From Amoebidium appalachense (Eukaryota > Protista > Ichthyosporea): a DNA stretch of 64,000 nt. Positions within the stretch are counted from its first letter, which is position 1. Each line of letters starts with the position of its first letter. Both the position numbers and the translations under genes were made by a program. This document shows, piece by piece, positions 46,380-58,703 of the stretch. Location: the NCBI GenBank assembly GCA_963693365.1, contig CAVNZM010000016.1:5510543-5574542 (forward strand), given 5' to 3'. The notes beneath the pieces are model-generated. The model ran no database searches. It had not been told where the DNA came from and saw only the letters and a list, made by a program, of their open reading frames with translations.

Positions 46380-48013
46380 CTGTCATCTTTGGCCGCGTGT
46401 TCCTTCCACTTCTCAATGCACTTCCATGCACACCAGCACTCCCGACGCCTGCAATCTTCCCTCCCCGTTCACCAATTAAAATTTTTGCACCCGAATTCAT
46501 CTTTAGTTCATTCCCACCACCGCTCGCCTTTCGCAAAACAAGAGGCGACTCATCGGCCACAAACGCCCCGTCAAAATCATCGTCGTCGCCGTCTTGGTAT
46601 TTCGACATATCGATTTGCGCAAAACTCCCATTATTTCCTTTTAAGGTTAGGGAACTCGGTGGGTGATTGGCTAAAGCGGCGTGTGGTTGGGTGGGATTAT
46701 TAATATGGGGGGGTTTCGGTCCGCCGATTTCCCCTTCGAACTCGTCGTCCCAATTTTCATCCTCCCCTTCCTCATAACCTAATGGTTTTGGTGGTGGTGG
46801 GTCACTGGGTGCCTTTGATTGCGGATTATCCGGTGGGTTTATGGCGATTTGAGGCGAATTTTCCGGTTTAGAGGAAACCCCGAATTCCTCGTCCCAATCT
46901 TCGCTCTCATTCGTTTCCAGCTGTACATTCTGGCGTATTTGCGGTTTTTCGGTGTTTTCGATACCGAATTCCGTGTCCCAATCTTCGTCATCGCTATCTT
47001 CTTGTGGGACGTGGATTGGTAATTGTGGTGGTATTATCGTGCTTTCGCCGGGTATGGTGTGCTCATCGGTTTTACTGATTTGCCTACCACTCAAGGTTTC
47101 GTCCACATTAAAACCTGGCTCCGGTGACGCCCGAAACCCGACACCTAGCAATTTCGGTGTTTGCGAACCGGGATTTACCCCAAACTCTTCATCCCAGTCC
47201 TCATTATCCTCCGCTGTGTCCCCCCCAGAACGAATTTCCGCACCATTATTACCCGGTGTTTGGGGTGAGTCTGCATTAACCTGTGATGCTGAGGTGTCAT
47301 CACATCCACTTATCGCACCAATATTAACCGGAATTTGAAAATTTGGTTTATTTTCGACAGAGACGCCAAACTCGGCATCCCAGTCTTCTTCTTCATCATT
47401 ATCTCCCTGCACCGGAATCCCGACTGCGCCGACCAAAATCCCATCGGCGCCGTTCAACTGGTCGCTTGTTTCCGTCGCCGTGTGGTCTGTGTCATCCGCT
47501 TGATGTGATTGGTGGGTATCTACCAATGAAATAGCACCGTTCTCATCGGTTGTCTCCAATTCAACGTTTGCAGATTCCCCTTCCTCGGCGCTTTCCACCC
47601 ACGGATAGCATTCCACTACCACACTAGGATTCTTATCACCGGCGTTTTCCCGTGCACCCGTTTTCTCGAACCCTAAATTCACCGGTTCCGTATTATTATT
47701 ATCGGACATTATTGGAACGTTGGTGTCAAGTTTCGGCGCCGAGGTGGAAATAGAATCTGTTTTTTCACTGTTTTCCCGCTCGACACCATCCCCGTTTTCA
47801 ATTTTCTGCTCGTTTATCACAGGCCCAAACTGTGCCCGTTTTTGCACCGGCGATGTGTTCTTTAACGACGGCAGGTGGGCTGTTGGTGTTGGGTGTGTCG
47901 GGGAATCTTTAAGCTCCTGCGTGAAGGACTTCCACTCGTGTCTTTGTGTCGATGAGAGGACGTGCGGTATTGGTGGAGAGCTGTCCGAGTCAAAGTCCTC
48001 CGAAAAAATCCCG
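46380..48013 (-). CDS. Large exon of an acidic disordered protein with E-[DN]-W-D-x-E-F repeats
   Basis: About 545 open codons between ACACAG| and |GTGTGT. Motifs EEDWDAEFG, NEDWDEEFG, DEDWDTEFG, SEDWDEEFG, DENWDDEFE, DDDFDGAF. Possible further exons at ~50113-50318, ~44310-44483, ~41620-41725, ~40840-40945 and ~40475-40550, not firmly linked. Confidence 0.7.
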
Positions 48014-48936
48014 CTGTGTTGTGTGTGTTGAAAGTGTGTGTGTGTGTGTGTGTGTAAGTGGATATATGGGTGTGCAAGCAAATATTCATGTTCGGTATGT
48101 GTATTTGAGAGAAAACTGGAGATGGGGAGGGGGGGGGAGGGGGGGGGGGGGGGGGGGGGAGGCCAATGAGTCGTGAGAAAAAGGTTTTAGCGTCAATAAA
48201 AGCAAGGAAAAGGACACCAACACATGGACACCGGGGGGAGGGGGGGGGGGGGGGGGTTGATGATGTGTTACTGTGTACAAACCATAAAATCACGATGGAT
48301 AACACAATGCAGACTCCTTTTTTCACCCCCTCCCTCCCTCCCCCCCCCCCCTCCCCCCCCCCCCCCCCCCCCCCAAAAACCACCACGTGCACCACCACCA
48401 CCACCACATCCAAAAAAAAAAAAAGAAGAAGAAAGAAAAGGAAAGGAAAGGAAAAAAGGAAAGGAGAAAGAAATGGAGTGCACACAGACAGCATGCATCA
48501 TAATAGAGCCCATCATCAAAGGGGCGCCAAGTCAGAGGACACAACTGCGGGGGGACAAAAGAGGGGGGTAGGGGGGGGGGGGGGGACATGTGTGCATCAG
48601 ACGGGGGAAACAACACCCCTCCCCTCTCCCCCCCCCCCCCCCCCCCCCCTCCCCTTCCCCCCGCCCCCCACACACACGCACAAAAAAAGAGGGTTGAGGG
48701 CAAAAAGTAAAATATCACATTAAAACACAGAGCATGACAAAACACCCAGCGGAACCTAGATAGAGAGACCTCAAAAAAGTGTGCAGGCATGAGAGGCCTT
48801 AACAGAAGCCTGGGTTGGGTGGGGTGGGGTGGGATAGTTTTGGGGGTGGTGGTAGTGGTGGTGTTTTTTTTTTTTGTTTTTTTTTGTTTTTGTTTTTGTT
48901 TTTTTTTTTGGGGGGGGGGGTTGGGGGGGGGGTTTT

Positions 48937-49141
48937 GAATGCGTCAAAAAGTACGAAGTACACAAGAACAAACGGATAACACGATGCAGAATGCAAGCCA
49001 TACATAAAGAGTATGCATAATAAGCAGAGCCCATCCTCAGGGGGGGCCCACGTCATCCACAGTACCCGAGTTTCGACCTATTCCCCTCGTTAACGAAACC
49101 CAACTCAGATACTGTTTCACTTGAACATGAGTAGGTCACCC
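48937..49141 (-). mobile_element. Family 1, subfamily B copy
   Basis: Near-identical to 32055-32260; G tracts on both sides. Confidence 0.8.
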
Positions 49142-49161
49142 GGGGGGGGTTTGGGGGGGGT

Positions 49162-49196
<35 letters not shown>

Positions 49197-49623
49197 AGTT
49201 GCAGAGGTCTAGAGATGAACAAAGCAACAGGCAAACTACGATTCCCCTTTTTGAATCATCTAGGGCTCATCCCAGCCTCCCTTCCTCCTTTCTCTGATCA
49301 ACATTTCACTTTTTCCCTTTTACCTCCACCCACCTCCCCCCCACCCCTCTTTTTTTTTGTTCCCCCCCCCCCCCCCCCCCCCCCAAACACACACACACAC
49401 ACATACACACTTTTTTCTATTCTCATCCGTCTGCCCTAACCCCAACCATTTCGCCCTCACATTTGCGGCACAGCACGAAACCAAACATCAACCAAAAACT
49501 TCCTCCATCCACAGGGACTAGGGCATGATTTCCCCCCGCCCTCCCCCCCCCCCCCCCCCCCCCCCCCACCAGCACCACCACCACTACCACCACCAGACTC
49601 GCGCGCACCCACACTAGCACACG

Positions 49624-49663
<40 letters not shown>

Positions 49664-49807
49664 TGGCACACGTGCGGGCACACGCACCCGCGCACACGCA
49701 CATGCACACGCACATGCACACGCACACACACACGCACACACAAACACACACACACACACACACCACACACAGACACAGAGACGCACACACACACACACAC
49801 AACCCCC

Positions 49808-49851
<44 letters not shown>

Positions 49852-50645
49852 CACACATCCACACAGCCACACACACACAAGCACACATACACACCTCCCC
49901 CCATCCCTAACCCCCCCCCCTTCCCCCGTACCCCCATCCACCCATTCCCGTACCCCCCACCCCCTCCCCCTCCCCCCTCCCCCCCCCCCCCTTCCCCCCC
50001 ACACACACACACCCACACACACACACACCCACACACACACACACACCCCACCTGTTCTTGCTGATTCTTGCCGCTAACCTTCTTGTTCTCTCATTCCTTA
50101 TTAACTCCCCTACCCAAGGAACGGACTCCCCCCCCAGAGGATGTTCTCTTCAATTCCCCCCCTCTCCCGACCGTTTTCGGTCCGACTCCACGTTTGAAGG
50201 TGACCGTTTTAATCCATGTATGCTTAGTGCACGTGCTTGCGATTCTGATTGTGTGGTTCCCTCTCTGGGATCCGTGTCGGAAATTGTGCGGGTGAGAAGA
50301 CGCCGGGTGAGTGGCTCCTGTGTGGAGGCGAGTCAGTATTGCACATGCAACGGGGGGGGAAAAAAACGAAAGAAAGAAAAAAAGAAGAAAAAAAATTACA
50401 GAAGGGATTTTTTTTCGAATTACGGATGGTTTTGGTTATTTCTTCTTCTTCTTCTTCTTGTTCTTCTTCTTCTTTTTTTTTTATTGGGGGGAAGGGGGGG
50501 GGGGGGGGGGGGGGGGCACGCAGTTCGTCAAGCTCCAAATAGTAAACGGCAAGCACACACCCACACGAAACCCTTAAGTATACAAATTCATGCAGCACAT
50601 ACCACACACACAAACAGGCAATCGTAGGCAAGCACACACGCAAAG

Positions 50646-50789
<144 letters not shown>

Positions 50790-50988
50790 CACACACACAC
50801 ACACACACACGGACACACACACGGACACACGGACACACCACATATTTTACACACATATGTGCGTGCAGGTAAACGAGAAAAAAAACTAAAGAGAAAGAAA
50901 GATCAGTCAAACAGCTTTTGCCCCTCTTATTGGGTTGGCATTTGGAGGGAGAGGTTAGGGTGGACGGGGGGAGTAGAGGGGACAGAAG

Positions 50989-51020
<32 letters not shown>

Positions 51021-51159
51021 GGGGGGGGGGGGGAAGGGGGGGGGGGGGGGGGGGAGGGGGAGGGAGGGGGTTGGAGCGGGAGGGGGGCTAGAACGAGAAC
51101 GTGTCACAGACTACATCGTACACATTTACTATGGATAACACTATGCTGACTGCAACGAA

Positions 51160-51255
51160 CACACAAAGAGTATATGGCATAAGTAGAGCCCATCCTCAGA
51201 TAATCCTCAGATAAACGTGGCCCAAGTCATCCAAGTGCCGAAAGTTCGACCCAAT
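51160..51255 (-). mobile_element. Family 1, diverged remnant (third variant)
   Basis: Retains AAGTAGAGCCCATCCTCAG, GCCCAAGTCATC and GTTCGACC. Confidence 0.55.
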
Positions 51256-53751
51256 GGGGGGAAGGGGGGGGGAAAGGGGGATATGTGTGGTGAAGGGGGA
51301 GGGGAAAGGGACAAGGGGGGAGGCGGGGGGGGGGGGGGTATGCACGAGTAATTTCAGTTGTGCTAGAGCGGGAAAAAAAAAAGAGGCCTAAAAAGAAAAA
51401 GAGACAACCCACTATTATGGCAGTATCACAAACAGAAATCAAACAACTGCTCAAACAAGAGGCATTTGAACAAAACCTACGAAAGCCCGGGGGGGGGGGG
51501 GGGGGGGGGGGAGGGGGGGGAGGGGGGAGGGGAGGAGGAGGGGTAGGGGGGCTGGTTGTTGAGAGCGGGGGAGGGGGGAAGAGGGGGGTAAACGGGGCGG
51601 GAGGGGCAAGGGGGGAGGGGGGAACTTAAATTTTAAAATTTTAAGTTCCGGGAATTGGATCGCTATTAGCTCTGAAATGAATAAAGCGGCACAGCCCTAG
51701 AATGCAGGGGACGGTTGGAAAGGAGACATGGGAAGGAAAGGGGGGGAGGGGGGAGGGGGGGGGGAGGGGGGGAGGGGGGGGGGGGGGGGTGTTCCATGAA
51801 CATTCAAGTGCCTGCGTGTGTGTAGAAAGAAGAGGGGGGGGGGGGGGACGGAGGGGGGGATTTTATATCTTATGACCATTGAGAGAAGGTTTGGTGTGTG
51901 TGCGTGTGTGGTGGTGGTTGGGGGGGAGGGGGGGGGGGGGGGAGGGGGGAGGAGGGGGAGGGGGGAGGGGGGAGGGCAGCCTCAGCAAAAAGGCTTGGTG
52001 TTTGTGATAACCTCGACGGCCAAGCATCTAATATTACTAGCCCGATGTTTTAACTAGATCCTGTTGTGGAAGACACAAGGCTTTTCGAACGTACGGGATA
52101 TATTGGTGGAAAACCAGAAATCCCAAATTTATAGTTTGACCTCTACAGCAAACTTGCATCTGTACTAATCGACCTGGAACATGGTGTTTTGGTTTATATA
52201 AATATCAACTGCTGCTGGAGCTATTTGCAAGCACGAGCGACATCACTTGCGGGCGAGTTAATGGTGATGCAGAATGCGTGTGCTTGCGCACCTGTGCTCA
52301 TGCACACGTAAAGAAAGTGATATTTGCGTGGTGACTGGGTAAAAGGACGGGGATCCTGGCTGCATCTCGGTGTGTGCAAGTGTGTGAATATTTTAAGTTA
52401 ACTTGCACGGTGGAGTGCAACTTTTTTGAAGGATGGTCGATCGCGATCGGTTGAGTAGACAGCTGTTATCGTACGCAAAACAACCCAACATGCTGCCTTT
52501 GTCAAATAGCACAAAAACGATCTAAATAACTACTATAACAGTCACGTAAATGACTTGAGCCAATCAAATACAGGATGAAACGTAACCTGACTTGGAAATT
52601 GAGGCAGCCCAAAGCAACCGAACGGAATTATTTCCTACCTCTGAAAGATCGTCCCCCATGGTCACCGTTTGTTCCCCACACGCACGTCTGACCGCCGTGC
52701 GGGCACTTTAAGCTCTTCTTTTCTCTCTAGCTTGGTATCGCTATGTGCAGCTCGCAGCCACAATATTCTACATCTAGAAGCCCACTATCCTCGGCGCAGC
52801 TCAACAGGTCTTTTTGACTTCACGGGCAGGCACGGAAATCTCAATACTGAGACATAGAAGGTGAAAAGGGTGAACTAGCTCTTACAAACTACGAACTAAC
52901 TATTATAAGTTCAGAAAGCAGGACCACGGATTCGAGCTTGTGTCGTGACTCCACAGGCTAACTTGCTGTAGCAAAGCCCAACAACACAGTTACAGTAACA
53001 TCAGATTACGGGAAACGAGTGGACTCAAATAAGAACAGGTCCATAAACCTATAAAGCCCTCTTTGTGTTCCTGTGCGATTGAATATCATCCGCGCGTGTG
53101 CGTGTGCCGTGCCTGTGTGTCCGGCAGACACATTCGTGAGCGTGTGTTTCGCCCGTTTTGCGCGCCAAACGTCACCTCCGGGAACAGGGATGTTGGTTGG
53201 CAGATCTAGCGAAGAAACTGGATTTAGAATGATTACTTGCCTGGATATACTTTATTGTGATATCCGCCTGCTATGTATCTACTTGACCCACAACCAAAAC
53301 AAACTTTCGTATAAGCTTTTTTTTATGATAGCTCATTGAGACCTATCTTGTATACATATTGCATTGCGGACAAAACTTCTCATTTTTTTGGTATCACTCA
53401 TGTCCATAAGAAAAAGCTTATACTTAATTTCCGTGATTATGATTGGTTTCCAGCGCACCCTGTTGGATATATTTACACTGTCACACCCACGATACCTTCA
53501 CCTTCAGGTTGGCATACTTTGACGGGCAAAAAAAAAAAAAAAAAAAAAGTTGCGAATGCAAGAGTGCATGGCTTTTTTTAGGAATATAGCTATTAATGGA
53601 CTTAAGTGCTTCACCAGTGAGAGCGTGCAAAAACTGGCGTTCGCAGCCACATGGTTGGCCTTGTCGACATGGCTTCGGGAGTGAAGTGCACACGCTCGTG
53701 TTCTTTTGGCAAAGGAGTACTGCTAGCAGTGCAGCTACCATAAACACGTTA

Positions 53752-53792
<41 letters not shown>

Positions 53793-54339
53793 ATTCCCAC
53801 ACACACACACCCATCCCACAACTCGCTCCCCTCAACTATGCAAACCCCTCCGCGCCAGCCCTTACATCTGGGCCAGCCACTCACCGTTCTGGTTTCGTGT
53901 TTTGCCCCACCGGTAAGTGTCAGATATCACCGAAAAGGAAAGTGTGCAGAAGATACTGAGCCTTATTCTAACATAACGTGTTCAGAACTTCTGCCCTTGC
54001 TCTTTGCTCGCTGTGTAGCTGTGTAAAAAAACTTGGCCCCACTGGTCTTGTACCTGTTACGTTGAAGGATTGTTGACATGTTGATGCTCTAGTCGCATTT
54101 TTTTCTCTTTTATGGTCCTGTTTTGCCTTTACGTGCATCTGAATCCCTTTATCTTATATCTGTTTCTTCTGTATTCTGTTCCATCCCTTTTACACCACCC
54201 AACGTTCATCCCCATTTTTCCTTTCCCAAAACATACTCTCCATCCCTCCCCCCCCCCCCCCCCCCCCCCTTTCCCCCCACCCCTCCACCCCCGCCCCGCC
54301 ATTCTGTCGCACACGCTTTCACACCTTAACATTGCCACC

Positions 54340-54924
54340 ATGGAAGCCGTTACCATCTCTGACATCCCAGCAGCTCCTGTCCTCTCAACATTTGCATCAT
54401 GCTTCGGCCTTCTTTTCGCCCTGACAGAGCTTACACACGCCACCCTTCACATGGGTGTTTTTATCGGTTTTGGGCATTCAGGGAAAGAATTTTACCACTC
54501 CAACCGTTTGTACTTCATCCATGATGCCCTCTCAGCTCTCGCCTCCGTTGCTTGGCTCTACGTCTACGCCCCCGGTGCTGTGACTGTCGATTTTGCCCTT
54601 TTCGTTTTTGGTCACACGCTCATCCATCTGCTCTTCATCTTCATGTGGTCCGAAACGACCAATTTCTGGGTGGATTCGATCATCACCTGGAGCGTGGAGC
54701 GTAAACACCAAGACCGACTGCGCATCAACGGAAGCTACATGTATGTGTGGAATACGATTGGGACTCTCTATGACATAGTCACCCATGTTATTCTTGGCTA
54801 TTGGATTCTGTGTTCGGTGCTGGACAGCGGGTTTCTCGCTCACTTCAACAACCATGGCGTGATTGTCAAGGATGGTGGTCGTGGCTTTGGAGAGGCATTT
54901 TTTATACGTGCCGTTGAACTGTAA
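54340..54924 (+). CDS. 194-aa integral membrane protein (~4 TM) with His/Asp motifs, function unknown
   Basis: GCCACCATGG start, intronless ORF; hydrophobic helices carrying ELTHATLH, YFIHD, GHTLIH and YDIVTH. Confidence 0.75.
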   Translation: MEAVTISDIPAAPVLSTFASCFGLLFALTELTHATLHMGVFIGFGHSGKEFYHSNRLYFIHDALSALASVAWLYVYAPGAVTVDFALFVFGHTLIHLLFIFMWSETTNFWVDSIITWSVERKHQDRLRINGSYMYVWNTIGTLYDIVTHVILGYWILCSVLDSGFLAHFNNHGVIVKDGGRGFGEAFFIRAVEL

Positions 54925-55910
54925 TCGTGACGAGGAACTTTTCGGAACTTAAGATTTTGCGGTTTGCTTACCTGGTTGTTGGGGGGGGGGGGGGAGGGGG
55001 GGGGGGGGGGGGGGGGGGGTTGCTTTGCCATAGACTGAAAAATTGGCCCCTGTTCGACAGAACATGGGGCAGGCACAAGGGGCAGTGTCCGAGTTGCTTG
55101 CCATATTTCCTGGTTCTGAAGTGTGTGGTGTATATCATGATAACCCACTTTGATATATGAAAATCGGCTACCTACACTTTGTGACTCGCATAAAAACTAG
55201 TGACAGAGATTCAAATGTACACAGACATAACCTTACAAATTCCGAAACATCCCCCCCCCCCCACCCCCCACCCCTCCACCCACCCACCCACCCACCCACC
55301 CACCCACCCACCCCCCCAATTTGGTCGAACAAAACTGTGTTGGGAGCTGAGTTACCGCCACTCTACACTTATACGAAATACATATCCTTTTTTATGAAGT
55401 TTTGGGCTGTGCCTATCAACGTGTCGAGCAAATAAAAGTTTAAGCGTTAATTTGCCCAACAAATACAAGCCGGTATATAGGGTTTTCGTGCCTAAAGTTT
55501 GGTCAACACCGTGCGGATGCTGCAGTGTAACATGGGACGGTAAATTTGACCAGTCTCCGTAGCATTCGCCATCCCCCTTCCCCCCTCCCTCCCCCTCCCC
55601 ACCCCCACCCCACCCCCTCTCCCCCCCCCCCTCCCTCTCCCCCCCCCCCTGTGTGTCCCCTCTCCCCTCCATCCTCCATATAGTACCATGATAGTATAAC
55701 CCACCTTCAACCCCCCTCCCGCCCCCCCCACACACCCACCCACCCACATGCACACGCAACCACACACACACACGCACGCACACACGCACACACACAATAC
55801 CAGATGTCTCTGGGTTCACCTGTGCACCGTATCCCAAAACGAGTGAAGTGGTTTACCCCTGCAGTCTCCCACCCACCCACCCCCCTCCCCCCTCCCTCCC
55901 TCCCCCTTAC

Positions 55911-55965
<55 letters not shown>

Positions 55966-56350
55966 CCTCAACCCCCTCCTCCATCTTCCTCAGAGTCCCT
56001 GAACAACAGGGGCCGGAGGAAGAAGGTTTTGGGGAGGAGAAGGGAGGTGGATCTATATGGGGATGGGCCAACCGGGGGGAGGGGGGGGGGGGGGGGGGGT
56101 AGTAAACCAATGAAATGGTTCAGCTGCTGGACAGGTAATGGCGATTGTCAGGATGAGTGCACGTGAAGATCTCTGGTAGCGGAAGTGTGGGAGGGCAAGG
56201 GATAACACACCCCGATGACATATAAATTTGTACCCCGCCATCCCCCCCCCCCACCCCCCACCCCCCTCCCCCCTCCCCCTCCCCAACCCACCCATCCACC
56301 CACCCACCCAGCCACCACCACCCCCGGCCCACCACCACCATCTGCGTGCG

Positions 56351-56407
<57 letters not shown>

Positions 56408-57016
56408 TCTCACAGGAGATTTTTGCCCCCCTTTCCCCCCCCCCTCACCCCCCCCCCCGGCCTCCCCCCCCTCCGCCACCACCACCACCACACGCCCATA
56501 ATTCACCTCAGGAAAGGGGTTTAGGGGGACTGCGAGTCGGCTTTCGTTGGCTGCTAGAAAAAAAGGCGGAACTAAAGACCTGTTATTCCGGATCCCTGGC
56601 CTCCATAAGAACACCCACACCATAGACTAGATTAGCGCAAAAACCAAGTCACTAAAAACCCATTTTACAAGGGCTGAGAGTACCGGTGACTTGTGAGTCT
56701 AGTATCCGTGTGTGTATGTATCCGTGTGTGTATGTGCACGTGCCCGCCTGAAACCTCTGTGTGTGTGCGTGTCTCCCTCTGCGCCAGCGTCCTACACGTC
56801 TGCAAGCTTTTAAATCTCACGATTATCATTCAATCGGATTTGTGTACATGTGTACAGATGCCAGTATAGTTGCGCATAACACCAGTTTTGTGTATTTCCC
56901 TAATTCTTTTTCTCGCGGTGGTTGTAGTGGTGGTCACCATATGGTGATGGGTGCCAATGTTTGGTGTGTGTACATGTATAGGACCGTGCGTGTGTGTGTG
57001 TGCGTGGGCCCGAGCC

Positions 57017-57053
<37 letters not shown>

Positions 57054-58276
57054 CATGTGTGAATATTTTTTATTTTTTTTTTTGTGGGTGTGGGGGGGGG
57101 GGGGGGGGGGAGGGATCGAGGCCGAGGGGTTCCGGCGGGGTGGGGTGGGAGCTGAAGGGGAAGGGGGGAGGCCTCCCCCCGGCCCCCCTTCCGGGGGGGG
57201 GGGCATCACGGACATGCACATTCACGGTGTGTGTTTGCCTGGCCGAGCTGACAGATGCCCCCCCCCCACCCCCCCCCCTGGGGAGGTGGGGAACTCTACC
57301 TACTTCTAGTTTGATTAACACGAAGGGACTAACTCTAAAACACAAGTGTCGACGTTAACGTTACGCACGCATGCACACACACACACATGTGAACACATGT
57401 GCGAGCGCACACACAATGTGTACGCACACAAACACAGTCACGCAGATCACGAGATCTAGACACGCAGACACGCGCACACACACGTGTGCATGAGCATTCA
57501 CCCTGTGGGCCATACTTCCACTCGAAACACACGGAACACACATAAATATAGGCAGGTCGGCCAGGCAAACGTACAGTCACGGTGAACGTACAATAAATCC
57601 CCTCCCCCCCCCCGCCACACACACACCACCACCCTTTTGCAAGGAACCACACACACACCACCACCCTTTTGCAAGGAACCACACACACATTGTGTGCAGC
57701 GCACAGGTGCTGCTTTGCCGAGTTGTGCGTGAAGTGATGTTTGTGTGTGCACATCTGTAGGGTGTTCAGGCAGGCGCAGTTCATCGAGGGTGTGCATGCG
57801 TGCACGTGAGTGTTTGTGTGTGCATGTGCAAGTGGGTGTTTGTGTATGTGTTGCGCGCATTTTTGTGAGAGAGTTTGTCTGATTTTTCTGCCGGCTTGCT
57901 CGAGAAAAAGACGAGTCGGCCTCCAGGCACCCACATTAGACACATTTGACTCTACTATGGTTCATTGGTGTCTAGCGCCAAACTAAATTGGAGCACGGCG
58001 ATTGGCTACTTCATTTGCTGTACATACCGGCTCACAGAACGCGGACGTACCATTTCGGCTGATTCACTATCATAATCAAAAATGTTCTGTTCACCATTCA
58101 CACACCACACCACGGTGGTGGCGTTGGTTCGAGTTACACGAGCACGTAAAAAAAGAAAGGCTAATAATACCCCTACGGGGCGCTACATTTCATATCCTAT
58201 TGTGTCATGCGTTTCAAGTACACAGTAAACCTACAGAAACATCACTTAACCCCCAACCCCCACCAATTCGTTCCAT

Positions 58277-58667
58277 TTATGCCCTGGATGAGCCATCAGG
58301 GTTGACCTCGACGCCAGCCGTGGCCGTGAGCTCAGCCGCCTTGTCAGCGACCTGAAGCACCTCCTCGATCTGCTGGTTGACCTGGTCCCTGACACCCTCG
58401 GGCAGCTGCATGACGGCAACCTCGAGCTGGCCCAGAGTCTTGCTGTCGGGCGCCTCGGCATCGCCGGCCGGCCGGCTGGAGGCACCAACAGATGCGCGTG
58501 CACCGGCGAGGGACTTGCGGGGTGCGCCACCGGATGCGCGGGCAGCGGATGGGGCGCCGGTGGAGCTGCGGGCCTCGTAGACACCCTGGTCGACTGCCTT
58601 CTGGATGTTGGCAAGGTTCTGCATGGGAGAAGTATGATTAGTGTCTGCACCTAAGGGAAAGAGCGCG

Positions 58668-58703
<36 letters not shown>

